Below are positions 9,847 to 17,169 of a stretch of 24,451 nt of DNA, piece by piece. The stretch is from IMG/VR virus record IMGVR_UViG_3300028844_000215, positions 1-24,451 of that record. The stretch is one strand, 5' to 3'. Numbering within the stretch: the first letter of the stretch is position 1; each line of letters opens with the position of its first letter. The notes beneath the pieces are model-generated. The model was given only the letters and a program-made list of their open reading frames with translations. It made no database searches and was not told where the DNA came from. The DNA is from a virus (lineage: Duplodnaviria; Caudoviricetes). The translations under genes and the position numbers were made by a program.

Positions 9847-10235
9847 TATTCATCACCTCCTGTTTCCGGTAGTTCCCATGATTGCGTTGATTCCTGCCAA
9901 CGCCATTGTGTAATATTATTTGGTTTTGGAACTGGTGGGTTCCAATTAAAATCACTGTCTAACGTCCAAGAAGGCCACGGTTGTTCAATATAAAATCTAT
10001 CTGCATCTGGAGCCCAATTATCTCCTATTGATGGAGCTACCCCTCTCCATTCTCCTGTTCCTTCTTGATACATTCCTGCTGCTTTCCAAGTACCAGTAGT
10101 TTGTCTAACTTGATTAGCAAAAGCAGTAGTTAATTCATCACTGATACCGTTTTCATCAGAAATATCTGTTTCAGCTACAACAATAACATCGACTACAACA
10201 TTATTTTCATCTATTTTTGCTGCATTGTATAACAT
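9846..10235 (-). CDS. Trp/Pro-rich tail-fibre-associated protein
   Basis: AKIDENNVVVDVIVV...QPWPSWTLD...WNPPVPKP...WRWQE...W, a pattern I associate with neighbours of Gly-rich fibres. ATG at 10235 follows GAGGAG and is preferred over the TTG at 10298. Confidence 0.65.
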   Translation of the reverse strand: MLYNAAKIDENNVVVDVIVVAETDISDENGISDELTTAFANQVRQTTGTWKAAGMYQEGTGEWRGVAPSIGDNWAPDADRFYIEQPWPSWTLDSDFNWNPPVPKPNNITQWRWQESTQSWELPETGGDE

Positions 10236-10306
10236 ATAGTTTCTACTCCTCTTTATATCTTCTGAATTTTGTTTGGAATAATAATTCCATAAGCCCAAAA
10301 TTACCT

Positions 10307-11599
10307 TTACGCAAACTGCGCTTGTGAAGCAAACGCTGTAAATGCTGCATCACCAGTTTTTATAATTGTGTACTGGTACACGTCAACTGAGTTAACATTT
10401 CCCGCAGTAGGTGCTGCACCTCCCTGCCATTCAGGAGTCACCGTTGATCCATCAATTTGAAATACATTGTTGTAGTAAGCAGTACCACCTTGAGTTACTA
10501 AATGTGCAACTGTGATAGACTCACCAGTATCCATAATAGTATTTAAAGTTGTAGAACCGTCTCCTCTAACATTTAAAGTATAGTTGCCTGAAGCATTTGA
10601 AGTAAAATACCATACTGCTTGTGTAAGAACATCGTAGTTAACAGTTCCTGTAGCAGCCGTAGCTTCTACTGTAACTTTTTCTGCAACACTTTCAATTTTA
10701 CCTTGACCATCTACAGTAAATCTTCCGTAACCGTTAGGGGCTACAGTCATATCAGCGTTAGCGCCATCTGTAATAGTAACTGTTCCTGAGTTAGTTCCGC
10801 TGTTTGTACTTAAGATTAAATCAGTTGTTCCGCCAGTAGTTAATGTCAGAGTTCCAGCACCATTAGATGTTAAAACTGCTGCCGCTCCTGAGTCTCCAAC
10901 TTTTACAGTATCACCTGCAAGAACAACATCTCCAGTTCCTTTTGGAGTCACGTTGATGTCAATGTTTGAGTCATCACCAGTAGATGAAAGAGTAGGTCCT
11001 GCACCTGTCGCTGCGTTTGCAATTGTAAATTCATTAACTGCAGAACCCGTAGCTGTTAAAAGAGCTAGTTGGTTTCCGTTAGTATCTAAAATAGAAGTTC
11101 CTATTGCAGGAGACGTTAAAGTTTTATTTGTTAAAGTTTGAGTTCCAGTAAGAGTTACATCACCAAAATCTAGAGTGTAAATGTCTGGGTTAGTTCCATC
11201 GTTTGCTGTAGCAAACACAAGTTGATCACCTTTGTCTGTTGCACTAAAAGTAAATGAATCTCCTGATCCAGAAGCATATTTAAATTGTACTGTGTAAGCA
11301 CCTGATGTCGAATTTCTTAAAAAATAAAAAGTTTGTGCATCTAAAGGAATTGTTACGATTTGGTTTCCAGTAATAGAACCTGTAAACTCAATCATTCTGT
11401 GAGACATAACTGCCCCAGTTGCCCCATCAGATACAGATAAAGCTGTAGTTTGTGCACCACCTGCTATAGATTGTGCAGAATATCCACCAGCAATTTGCTC
11501 GATGATATTTAAATTCGTATTTGTTTTTGTTCCCCAAGTACCGGCATTTTCACCGGTTGCCATTAATTCTACGCCAAGCGCTGTGTATGTTGATGCCAT
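10307..11599 (-). CDS. Tail fibre protein
   Basis: 430 aa, Thr/Gly-rich. N-terminal MASTY...GENAGTWGTKTNTNL, TQTLTNKTLTSP motif, C-terminal WQGGAAPT...VDVYQYTIIKT domain. AAGGAG RBS. Confidence 0.75.
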   Translation of the reverse strand: MASTYTALGVELMATGENAGTWGTKTNTNLNIIEQIAGGYSAQSIAGGAQTTALSVSDGATGAVMSHRMIEFTGSITGNQIVTIPLDAQTFYFLRNSTSGAYTVQFKYASGSGDSFTFSATDKGDQLVFATANDGTNPDIYTLDFGDVTLTGTQTLTNKTLTSPAIGTSILDTNGNQLALLTATGSAVNEFTIANAATGAGPTLSSTGDDSNIDINVTPKGTGDVVLAGDTVKVGDSGAAAVLTSNGAGTLTLTTGGTTDLILSTNSGTNSGTVTITDGANADMTVAPNGYGRFTVDGQGKIESVAEKVTVEATAATGTVNYDVLTQAVWYFTSNASGNYTLNVRGDGSTTLNTIMDTGESITVAHLVTQGGTAYYNNVFQIDGSTVTPEWQGGAAPTAGNVNSVDVYQYTIIKTGDAAFTAFASQAQFA

Positions 11600-11622
11600 A
11601 ATTTTTTGTTCTCCTTAATCAA

Positions 11623-12654
11623 TTAAGCAGCATGATTTACATCTGTATAAGATGTATTGCCGGTTATGTCAATATCTTTGTAACCTATTGTTCCAAAGCC
11701 AGTTGTACCTATTTCTGCGGTTGCTTCAACCCCTGTTAATCCCACAACGTCCGCAGGAGCAATAGCTCCTACACTTGCTGTTACAGCAGATGGTGCTGTT
11801 AATATAACTCCTATTCCTGAAACAATAGATCCAACTGCAGAAGTTAAAATAGCCGGTGTAGTTACACCATCACTACCAATTATAATTAATTGTGTTTCTG
11901 TAACCTCTATTGATCCTACACTTGCTGTTGCTTCAACCCCTGTTAATCCCATAACGTCTGCAGGAGCAATAGCTCCTACACTTGCTGTTGCTGATACTCC
12001 TGTTAATGGAACACCTATAGCAGGTACAATTGCTCCAACACTTGCTGTTGCTGATTGCCCGCTTGGTACATATGAAAATTCTAAATTAATAGATCCAACA
12101 CTTGCTGTTGCTGCACTAGGTGCAGTTAGTCCTACGACGTCCGCAGGTAACAAAGATCCAACACTTGTTGTTGCTACTGGTAGTGCCGTTAATTGAACTA
12201 ATTTATTAAATGAGTCTCCATAAGGTTCTTCACCCCAACCATTTCTACCCCAACCAACTAAAGTACCGGCATTATCAAAGTCTCCGACTTGAGAAGTCAT
12301 TTGACTTGGAGCCGTTAAATCTGCAATTGAAAGTTGAGTTGTTGTTAAAGACCCTAATGAAGATGTTAAATTAGTAGGCGCAGTTAAAGGGGCATCTATA
12401 AATTGTTCAGCAATTAAAGATCCTAATGAAGTGTTTAAAGCAGCAGGTGCAGTTAAAGCGACAGCAAAGTTTACACCCCAACCATCATTACCCCATTGAG
12501 CTCCACCCCAACCGTTTTGATTAAAGGCTGTTAAAGAACCAACTGAAGTTGTTGATGCAGATGGTGCTGTTAAAGAAATTGAAACAGTATTTGATTGCCA
12601 GGAGTTATCTCCCCAGGCTACTGAAGGACTATCACCACCCCAGATAGATGCCAT
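11623..12654 (-). CDS. Repetitive virion fibre-like structural protein
   Basis: 343 aa with WG-rich motifs (GWGRNGWG) and ~21-aa repeats (LTGVEATASVGAIAPADV). GGAGG RBS. Confidence 0.65.
   Translation of the reverse strand: MASIWGGDSPSVAWGDNSWQSNTVSISLTAPSASTTSVGSLTAFNQNGWGGAQWGNDGWGVNFAVALTAPAALNTSLGSLIAEQFIDAPLTAPTNLTSSLGSLTTTQLSIADLTAPSQMTSQVGDFDNAGTLVGWGRNGWGEEPYGDSFNKLVQLTALPVATTSVGSLLPADVVGLTAPSAATASVGSINLEFSYVPSGQSATASVGAIVPAIGVPLTGVSATASVGAIAPADVMGLTGVEATASVGSIEVTETQLIIIGSDGVTTPAILTSAVGSIVSGIGVILTAPSAVTASVGAIAPADVVGLTGVEATAEIGTTGFGTIGYKDIDITGNTSYTDVNHAA
11720..11989. repeat. 63-bp intragenic direct repeat (11720-11782 and 11927-11989)
   Basis: The two copies match at 61 of 63 positions by eye. 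Shorter degenerate copies of cc(t/a)acacttgctgttgc continue to about 12180. Confidence 0.9.
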
Positions 12655-12668
12655 AAGGATTTACCTCC

Positions 12669-13109
12669 TTATGCTATTCTAACTATAGCCGTTGTCGCTG
12701 CTTTAGCTGGGAATTGAATAGTAAAAGTTCCACTTGAAACTGTTTTGTCTCCACCAAAAGCTACTGCACAAACAGCAGGATCACCTGTTGCAGTGTCATT
12801 GTAGATTAAACATCCATTCGCTGTGAATGATGCTGACGTAAAACTAACGTCATCAAAATCAGCACAAGCTGTTGATCCATCTAAAGATGGAGTAATGTTT
12901 GTTAAAGCTTTTCCGCCTGCAGTGTAAGCAGATCCAGAAGAGTTAGTGATTTCATTTGATGTAGAGTAAGCAGTAGTTGATGCACTTAGAGTTGCAGAAC
13001 TTGTGTATAATGCAATTTTAAAAGTATTTCCTGTAGACGCTGTAAAGTTATGAGTCGCAGTCATAAGTTCGTTTTTAAAACTGTTACATATTGCCGATGT
13101 TATTGCCAT
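12669..13109 (-). CDS. Conserved virion structural protein (tail/fibre attachment)
   Basis: 146 aa. FKIALYT...YTAGG...DFDDVSF...LIYND...FGGDKT...GTFTIQFP pattern. AAGGAG RBS. Confidence 0.6.
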   Translation of the reverse strand: MAITSAICNSFKNELMTATHNFTASTGNTFKIALYTSSATLSASTTAYSTSNEITNSSGSAYTAGGKALTNITPSLDGSTACADFDDVSFTSASFTANGCLIYNDTATGDPAVCAVAFGGDKTVSSGTFTIQFPAKAATTAIVRIA

Positions 13110-13125
13110 AATTTTTTCTCCTTAT

Positions 13126-13875
13126 TTATGGAGACGGTGACTTAACTGGTATTCTAACTGTTCCGTCAGTATAGTCGTCTCGTCTTCGTCTACCCAGTTG
13201 CATTCCTGCGAACTGTTGTAGTGCATTTTTATACTTATTTTCATACAGTGTCAACATATCTATTGGACCTTTTAAAAATCCATATGCCTCCACCAAACAA
13301 GCATACAACAAACCTTGTGGGAAATATGTGCTTAAATAAGTCTCCGAATTTCCATCACTCCCAGAACCTAATCCTGTAGGATATTTATTATAATATACTC
13401 TAAACATATAATTTGCGTCAGGTGTAGGAGCTAGATACATCCCTCCAGATGTTGTGCTAGATGTGCCAGTTGCCCCACCAAACATAGCATAATATTTAGG
13501 TAAACCGGTTACATCTTGTGATGTCAAATCCCCTTCTGGTCCTGTTAATCTATCTACATATTCTGATAAATACGTTTGATCCTTTTTCTCTAACCAAGTT
13601 CCTTTTCCTTGTGTGTTAGCTGTAGAATCAAAAACTTCTATACCTCTTATAAATAAAGCACCTGCTGGCGCATTAATCGTATTATCATCTGCAACTAAAG
13701 TCCCTTCTTGAACTTTTCTATCAGCGTCCATTGGAAGTTCTTGATTGATTCTCATTTCGGCTGCCATGATAATTCCATCTACAATAGTTGTAGATAAAAC
13801 ATCTGAACTTACTTCTGTGTAATCCCTAATCGCATTAGTTAATGTAGTATATGTATATTTTGAAATTCCTGACAT
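13126..13875 (-). CDS. Head-tail adaptor / tail tubular protein A-like
   Basis: TYTTLTNAIRDYTE...AEMRI...G-L-P-K-Y-Y...LAPTPDANY...LLYACLVEAYGFLK: adaptor-type signature. Confidence 0.65.
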   Translation of the reverse strand: MSGISKYTYTTLTNAIRDYTEVSSDVLSTTIVDGIIMAAEMRINQELPMDADRKVQEGTLVADDNTINAPAGALFIRGIEVFDSTANTQGKGTWLEKKDQTYLSEYVDRLTGPEGDLTSQDVTGLPKYYAMFGGATGTSSTTSGGMYLAPTPDANYMFRVYYNKYPTGLGSGSDGNSETYLSTYFPQGLLYACLVEAYGFLKGPIDMLTLYENKYKNALQQFAGMQLGRRRRDDYTDGTVRIPVKSPSP

Positions 13876-13877
13876 AA

Positions 13878-14699
13878 TTATGCTCTATCATTTATGGGTC
13901 CAATTGTACATTGAAAACCACCTCCCGTTTCTGTGCTTGATGCAGCGTTAGTTAGTGTAACATTTATACCATCAAATTGTGTAGTTGTAGATGGTTGACC
14001 TGTACTTGGAACCGATGTCTCATTTAAAGAAACAACCTTATAACAACCAAAAACTTTTGCTAAATTAGCATGAGATCCAGCAACTGTAGATACAGGAGCT
14101 GTTCCTCTATAGGGTGCACTTGTTCCTCTAGTACAACCTGTTAATTGATTCGTAGATCGTCCTGTATATTTTATAACTTCATTTTGATACATTCCAACTT
14201 TTAAAGGATCGTTTGTATCTTGAGCAGTTAATACTTTTTCAATTACTATAAATCCAGAAGTTGGAAATTCAGAACCATCTGTTAAATCAATTGTAGTAGC
14301 GCTATCTGTTATTGCTCCATTTAAGGTAGTAGACATTTGTAATGTTGAAATTGCTACACCACCTACAGGAGATTTAACATTTCTAAATCTTACAAAGTCA
14401 TTTACTTGTAAAGCGCCATTTGGAAAATTAATTTTTAAAGTAGTATTGGATGCAGTTACAAAAGGGTTTTCAGGTAAAAAATCTTCTGTTGGAAATTCTG
14501 TTCTTGCAGTTCTTGCTCTTTGTAAAGCTTGTGGATCTGCACTTGTTGGTTTAGGTTCTAATTGTGGTTGTTTAGGCTCGTATTCTGAAATATGAACCAG
14601 GGCGCCATTCCATTCTCTAACCATTTCGTTGTATGGAAAAGCCATACCAGATCTGTCTGAAATTGCTAAAGCGTATTTACCTTGTGAAAAAGTAGTCAT
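13878..14699 (-). CDS. Virion structural protein with inserted beta domain
   Basis: 273 aa. N-terminal GKYALAISDRSG.FPY...EW..G..V...EYEPK.PQL followed by Thr-rich beta domains. TAATG-coupled. Confidence 0.6.
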   Translation of the reverse strand: MTTFSQGKYALAISDRSGMAFPYNEMVREWNGALVHISEYEPKQPQLEPKPTSADPQALQRARTARTEFPTEDFLPENPFVTASNTTLKINFPNGALQVNDFVRFRNVKSPVGGVAISTLQMSTTLNGAITDSATTIDLTDGSEFPTSGFIVIEKVLTAQDTNDPLKVGMYQNEVIKYTGRSTNQLTGCTRGTSAPYRGTAPVSTVAGSHANLAKVFGCYKVVSLNETSVPSTGQPSTTTQFDGINVTLTNAASSTETGGGFQCTIGPINDRA

Positions 14700-15640
14700 T
14701 AACTAACACCGGGATAATATATTTTAGGAGAGATGTATGTGGAGTTAGAAGAACCATCTTCATCTTCTGCTCTTAATAACTCATCTTCATATAATAATTT
14801 TAATTCTTGAACTCTTTGTGGTGCATATTTTACAGCTAAGTAATATGACAGTCCTGCAATCATACATGGTATAAATCTATAAGGAACATCAGTTGCATTT
14901 GTGTAAGCACCCACATCATCAATTCTTTTTGTATAATAAAAATTTATAAAATCACCAGCTTGTGAAGTGCCCGGTGTTAAATATAAAGTAACAGTTGTTT
15001 TATCAATAAATCTTTGAACCCAATATTGTGTGGGTAAACCTTTACTTGTTTTATTAGAAAACCCTTGATACTGTGATCTACTAATTTTTGTCATAGGTGT
15101 ATCTACATTTGTAGATGCAACCCTGTAATTTAATTCTTGTATGTCAGTCATTCCGTTTGGAAACTGTAAAACAGTATCACCACTGCTGTGTGTAGCAGCT
15201 GTGCTTCCGTTAACACCTCTAACACATCCTGTTAGGTTCAATGAGGAGATTCCAGAATAAGTAATCTGTTCTGTTCCAATAATAATTATACCGCTTGTAG
15301 GCAATCCTGTAACCGAAGCAACACCAATAGTTGTTACAGTTGCATTTATACCTGCAGATAAAGTTGTGCTGATACCATCTGAAGAACCGTCAGATGGTGA
15401 TCTAAAAAATGTATATACTGCTTGACCATCTACTAAAGTTACACTTTGATTTTTAACTTCCCAAAAATGTAATCCTCTATTTCCCCATTCGGAAAATAAA
15501 ATATTTAAAGATCTCTTAGCAGTTTTTAACTGATAACCAGAGACACTTTGCATACCAATACGTTCGTATGCATCTTCAATAATCTCATCTATTCCAAGGT
15601 TTTTATCAAAAACATAAGAACTCGAAGTAACATTAGCCAC
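14699..15640 (-). CDS. Head-tail connector/adaptor protein (second adaptor-like gene)
   Basis: IIEDAYERIG...AKRSLNILFSEWGNRG...G-L-P-T-Q-Y...DVPYRFIPCMIAGLSYYLA. GTG start with GGAGG RBS. Confidence 0.65.
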   Translation of the reverse strand: MANVTSSSYVFDKNLGIDEIIEDAYERIGMQSVSGYQLKTAKRSLNILFSEWGNRGLHFWEVKNQSVTLVDGQAVYTFFRSPSDGSSDGISTTLSAGINATVTTIGVASVTGLPTSGIIIIGTEQITYSGISSLNLTGCVRGVNGSTAATHSSGDTVLQFPNGMTDIQELNYRVASTNVDTPMTKISRSQYQGFSNKTSKGLPTQYWVQRFIDKTTVTLYLTPGTSQAGDFINFYYTKRIDDVGAYTNATDVPYRFIPCMIAGLSYYLAVKYAPQRVQELKLLYEDELLRAEDEDGSSNSTYISPKIYYPGVS

Positions 15641-15649
15641 TCAGACCTC

Positions 15650-15967
15650 CTAGCTTAAGTTTGGACCAGAAAATTTGTCTGTCAATAAAGTATAAGCAGC
15701 GATATTTGTTTTAGTTTTACAAAAAATTCCTTTTGGAAATAAAATTCCATCTTCAGGAAAGTTAAAATTAATTACATCACCTGTTGGAACATCTGCAAGA
15801 AATAAAGTTGTTCCTGAATTCGATGTTGTTGTAAGTTCTAAAACACCTGCGCCCCCACCATCAGAAGCAATAATTATACCTCTTAATCTTATTGGTGGTT
15901 CTACAATAGCTGTTGCACCTGCAGCTGCATCGGATCTCGTTGCTTGTATATCATTTTTAAATCCCAT
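15650..15967 (-). CDS. Small beta-rich virion protein
   Basis: 105 aa with RLRGI...FPEDGILFPKGI. AAGGAG RBS. Confidence 0.65.
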   Translation of the reverse strand: MGFKNDIQATRSDAAAGATAIVEPPIRLRGIIIASDGGGAGVLELTTTSNSGTTLFLADVPTGDVINFNFPEDGILFPKGIFCKTKTNIAAYTLLTDKFSGPNLS

Positions 15968-15986
15968 TTGTTCTCCTTATATTTTA

Positions 15987-16006
15987 TGTGGGGCCGAAGC
16001 CCCACA
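15987..16006 (-). terminator. GC-rich hairpin with cUUCGg tetraloop (weak terminator or mRNA stabiliser)
   Basis: - strand TGTGGGGC-TTCG-GCCCCACA forms a perfect 8-bp stem. It is followed by TAAAAT rather than a U-tract. Confidence 0.55.
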
Positions 16007-16017
16007 CTAATTATTTA

Positions 16018-16551
16018 TTAAACTGCCGCGCTAAACGGAGTTGCTGGTGTACCAGTACAACCAGACTCTACATCAACTTTCCATTGAGTAGAACTAATTG
16101 CAGTACATGTAACTTTTGCAAAAGTTACACCACCAGTTGTACTACCGTTTAAAGTAATAGTGTCTGATGCTGCAACAGTTTCAAAACCAACAACGTTATC
16201 AGAAGAGTCGTCAATAAATTTTGCGCCTCCAACCATAACATCGTTAGCATTTGCAACTTGTACAACAAAATCTCCAGTCTTAGTAATTGATGCAAAAATT
16301 TCAAAACTTGCACCTATGTTACTTAGATTGTTTAGATCTGCTCCTGGTCCTGCAACTGCAGAATCAGCGTTAGCATTAATTGCTGGTAATGTGTAAGTTA
16401 CTGCACCTGCTGCATTATTGTGTACAATTCTACCCGCATGAGTAGCAACTGTTAATGAAACGCTAGCGTCAGCGTCTACAACATTAGCTGGACCTGTAGT
16501 AATAAATCCATTTTTAGATGTTACTGGTCCTTGAAACGTAGTGTTTGCCAT
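16018..16551 (-). CDS. Putative capsid decoration / minor head protein
   Basis: 177 aa. MANTTFQGPV.S.NGF...YTLPAI...TITLNGSTTGG...ATPFS. Has its own promoter and an AGGAGG RBS, suggesting high expression. Confidence 0.55.
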   Translation of the reverse strand: MANTTFQGPVTSKNGFITTGPANVVDADASVSLTVATHAGRIVHNNAAGAVTYTLPAINANADSAVAGPGADLNNLSNIGASFEIFASITKTGDFVVQVANANDVMVGGAKFIDDSSDNVVGFETVAASDTITLNGSTTGGVTFAKVTCTAISSTQWKVDVESGCTGTPATPFSAAV

Positions 16552-16559
16552 ATTATTAT

Positions 16560-16630
16560 CCTCCTAGTTATTTGAATACCGTCTCTAGGCCGTCGACTAT
16601 ACGCGTCGATATTCAATTTTATGTATAGTG
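16560..16630 (-). ncRNA. Structured 5' leader RNA (long hairpin plus two potential pseudoknots); candidate Mu-gpT-DE-like motif
   Basis: Stem UUGAAUAUCG/CGGUAUUCAA (16607-16616 with 16572-16581). The loop can pair with an upstream segment (ACUAUAC/GUAUAGU) and with a downstream segment (CCUAG/CUAGG) that overlaps the SD. Confidence 0.55.
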
Positions 16631-16635
16631 TGAGT

Positions 16636-16664
16636 ATTATATGTTATTTTTTAGTAGAGTGCAA
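16636..16664 (-). promoter_or_regulatory. Sigma70-type promoter
   Basis: TTGCAC (16664-16659), 17-nt spacer, perfect TATAAT (16641-16636), in an intergenic gap and oriented with the genes. Confidence 0.8.
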
Positions 16665-16712
16665 GAGAGCCTGTAGTGTGGAGTGGATTTTTTCCAACGA
16701 TGTAGCTTTTTA

Positions 16713-16922
16713 TTAAGTAGCTACTGAAACTTGTGGAGCTGATCCTTCGACAGTATTCTGTCTGTGGGCAATAGCTGCTTCTTCCAGCTTGATCTTTGTA
16801 ATGACTTCTCTAACTTTGTCATCAATTCTGACCATTTCAAGAGTATACTTATCATTAGATAGATGCTCTTGTTCCCACTTCAACTCCAAGGACCTTTTTT
16901 GTTTGTAAAGGTCTTGTATCAT
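16713..16922 (-). CDS. Small helical hypothetical protein
   Basis: 69 aa. ATG with GAGGT RBS. Overlaps the upstream ORF by 68 nt. Confidence 0.65.
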   Translation of the reverse strand: MIQDLYKQKRSLELKWEQEHLSNDKYTLEMVRIDDKVREVITKIKLEEAAIAHRQNTVEGSAPQVSVAT

Positions 16923-17109
16923 TTATAACCTCTTCATAAGTTATTCGATAAGGAAAGTTTCTAAACATTCCCGATTTTTCCCAAACTATACTATTTTCTC
17001 CTAGCTTGTCAACTATTGATTGCTCTAAAGAAATGGCATCATCTTTAGATTCTACTTCAAATCTACCGTGATGATCATAAGCATATATGTTTATTAGGAA
17101 TTTTTTCAT
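16855..17109 (-). CDS. Small hypothetical protein
   Basis: 84 aa. ATG lies just after the post-capsid hairpin; weak RBS (GAAAG). Confidence 0.6.
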   Translation of the reverse strand: MKKFLINIYAYDHHGRFEVESKDDAISLEQSIVDKLGENSIVWEKSGMFRNFPYRITYEEVINDTRPLQTKKVLGVEVGTRASI

Positions 17110-17132
17110 GGTTTTATCTTTCTATTTATTAA

Positions 17133-17159
17133 TTGTGGCGAGACTATGTCCCGCCACAA
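17133..17159 (-). terminator. Intrinsic terminator-like hairpin after the major capsid gene
   Basis: - strand TTGTGGCGGGAC-ATA-GTCTCGCCACAA: 12-bp stem with a G-U pair that forms only on the - strand, 10 nt after the stop codon, with a short AT tail. Confidence 0.7.
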
Positions 17160-17169
17160 AAATTAAGTA

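Noticed and set aside
11720-12180. Spaced repeats as a possible CRISPR array or DGR template/variable pair
   Set aside because: They are in-frame coding repeats with irregular spacing. No cas or reverse transcriptase gene is in the window, and the two long copies differ at only two positions.
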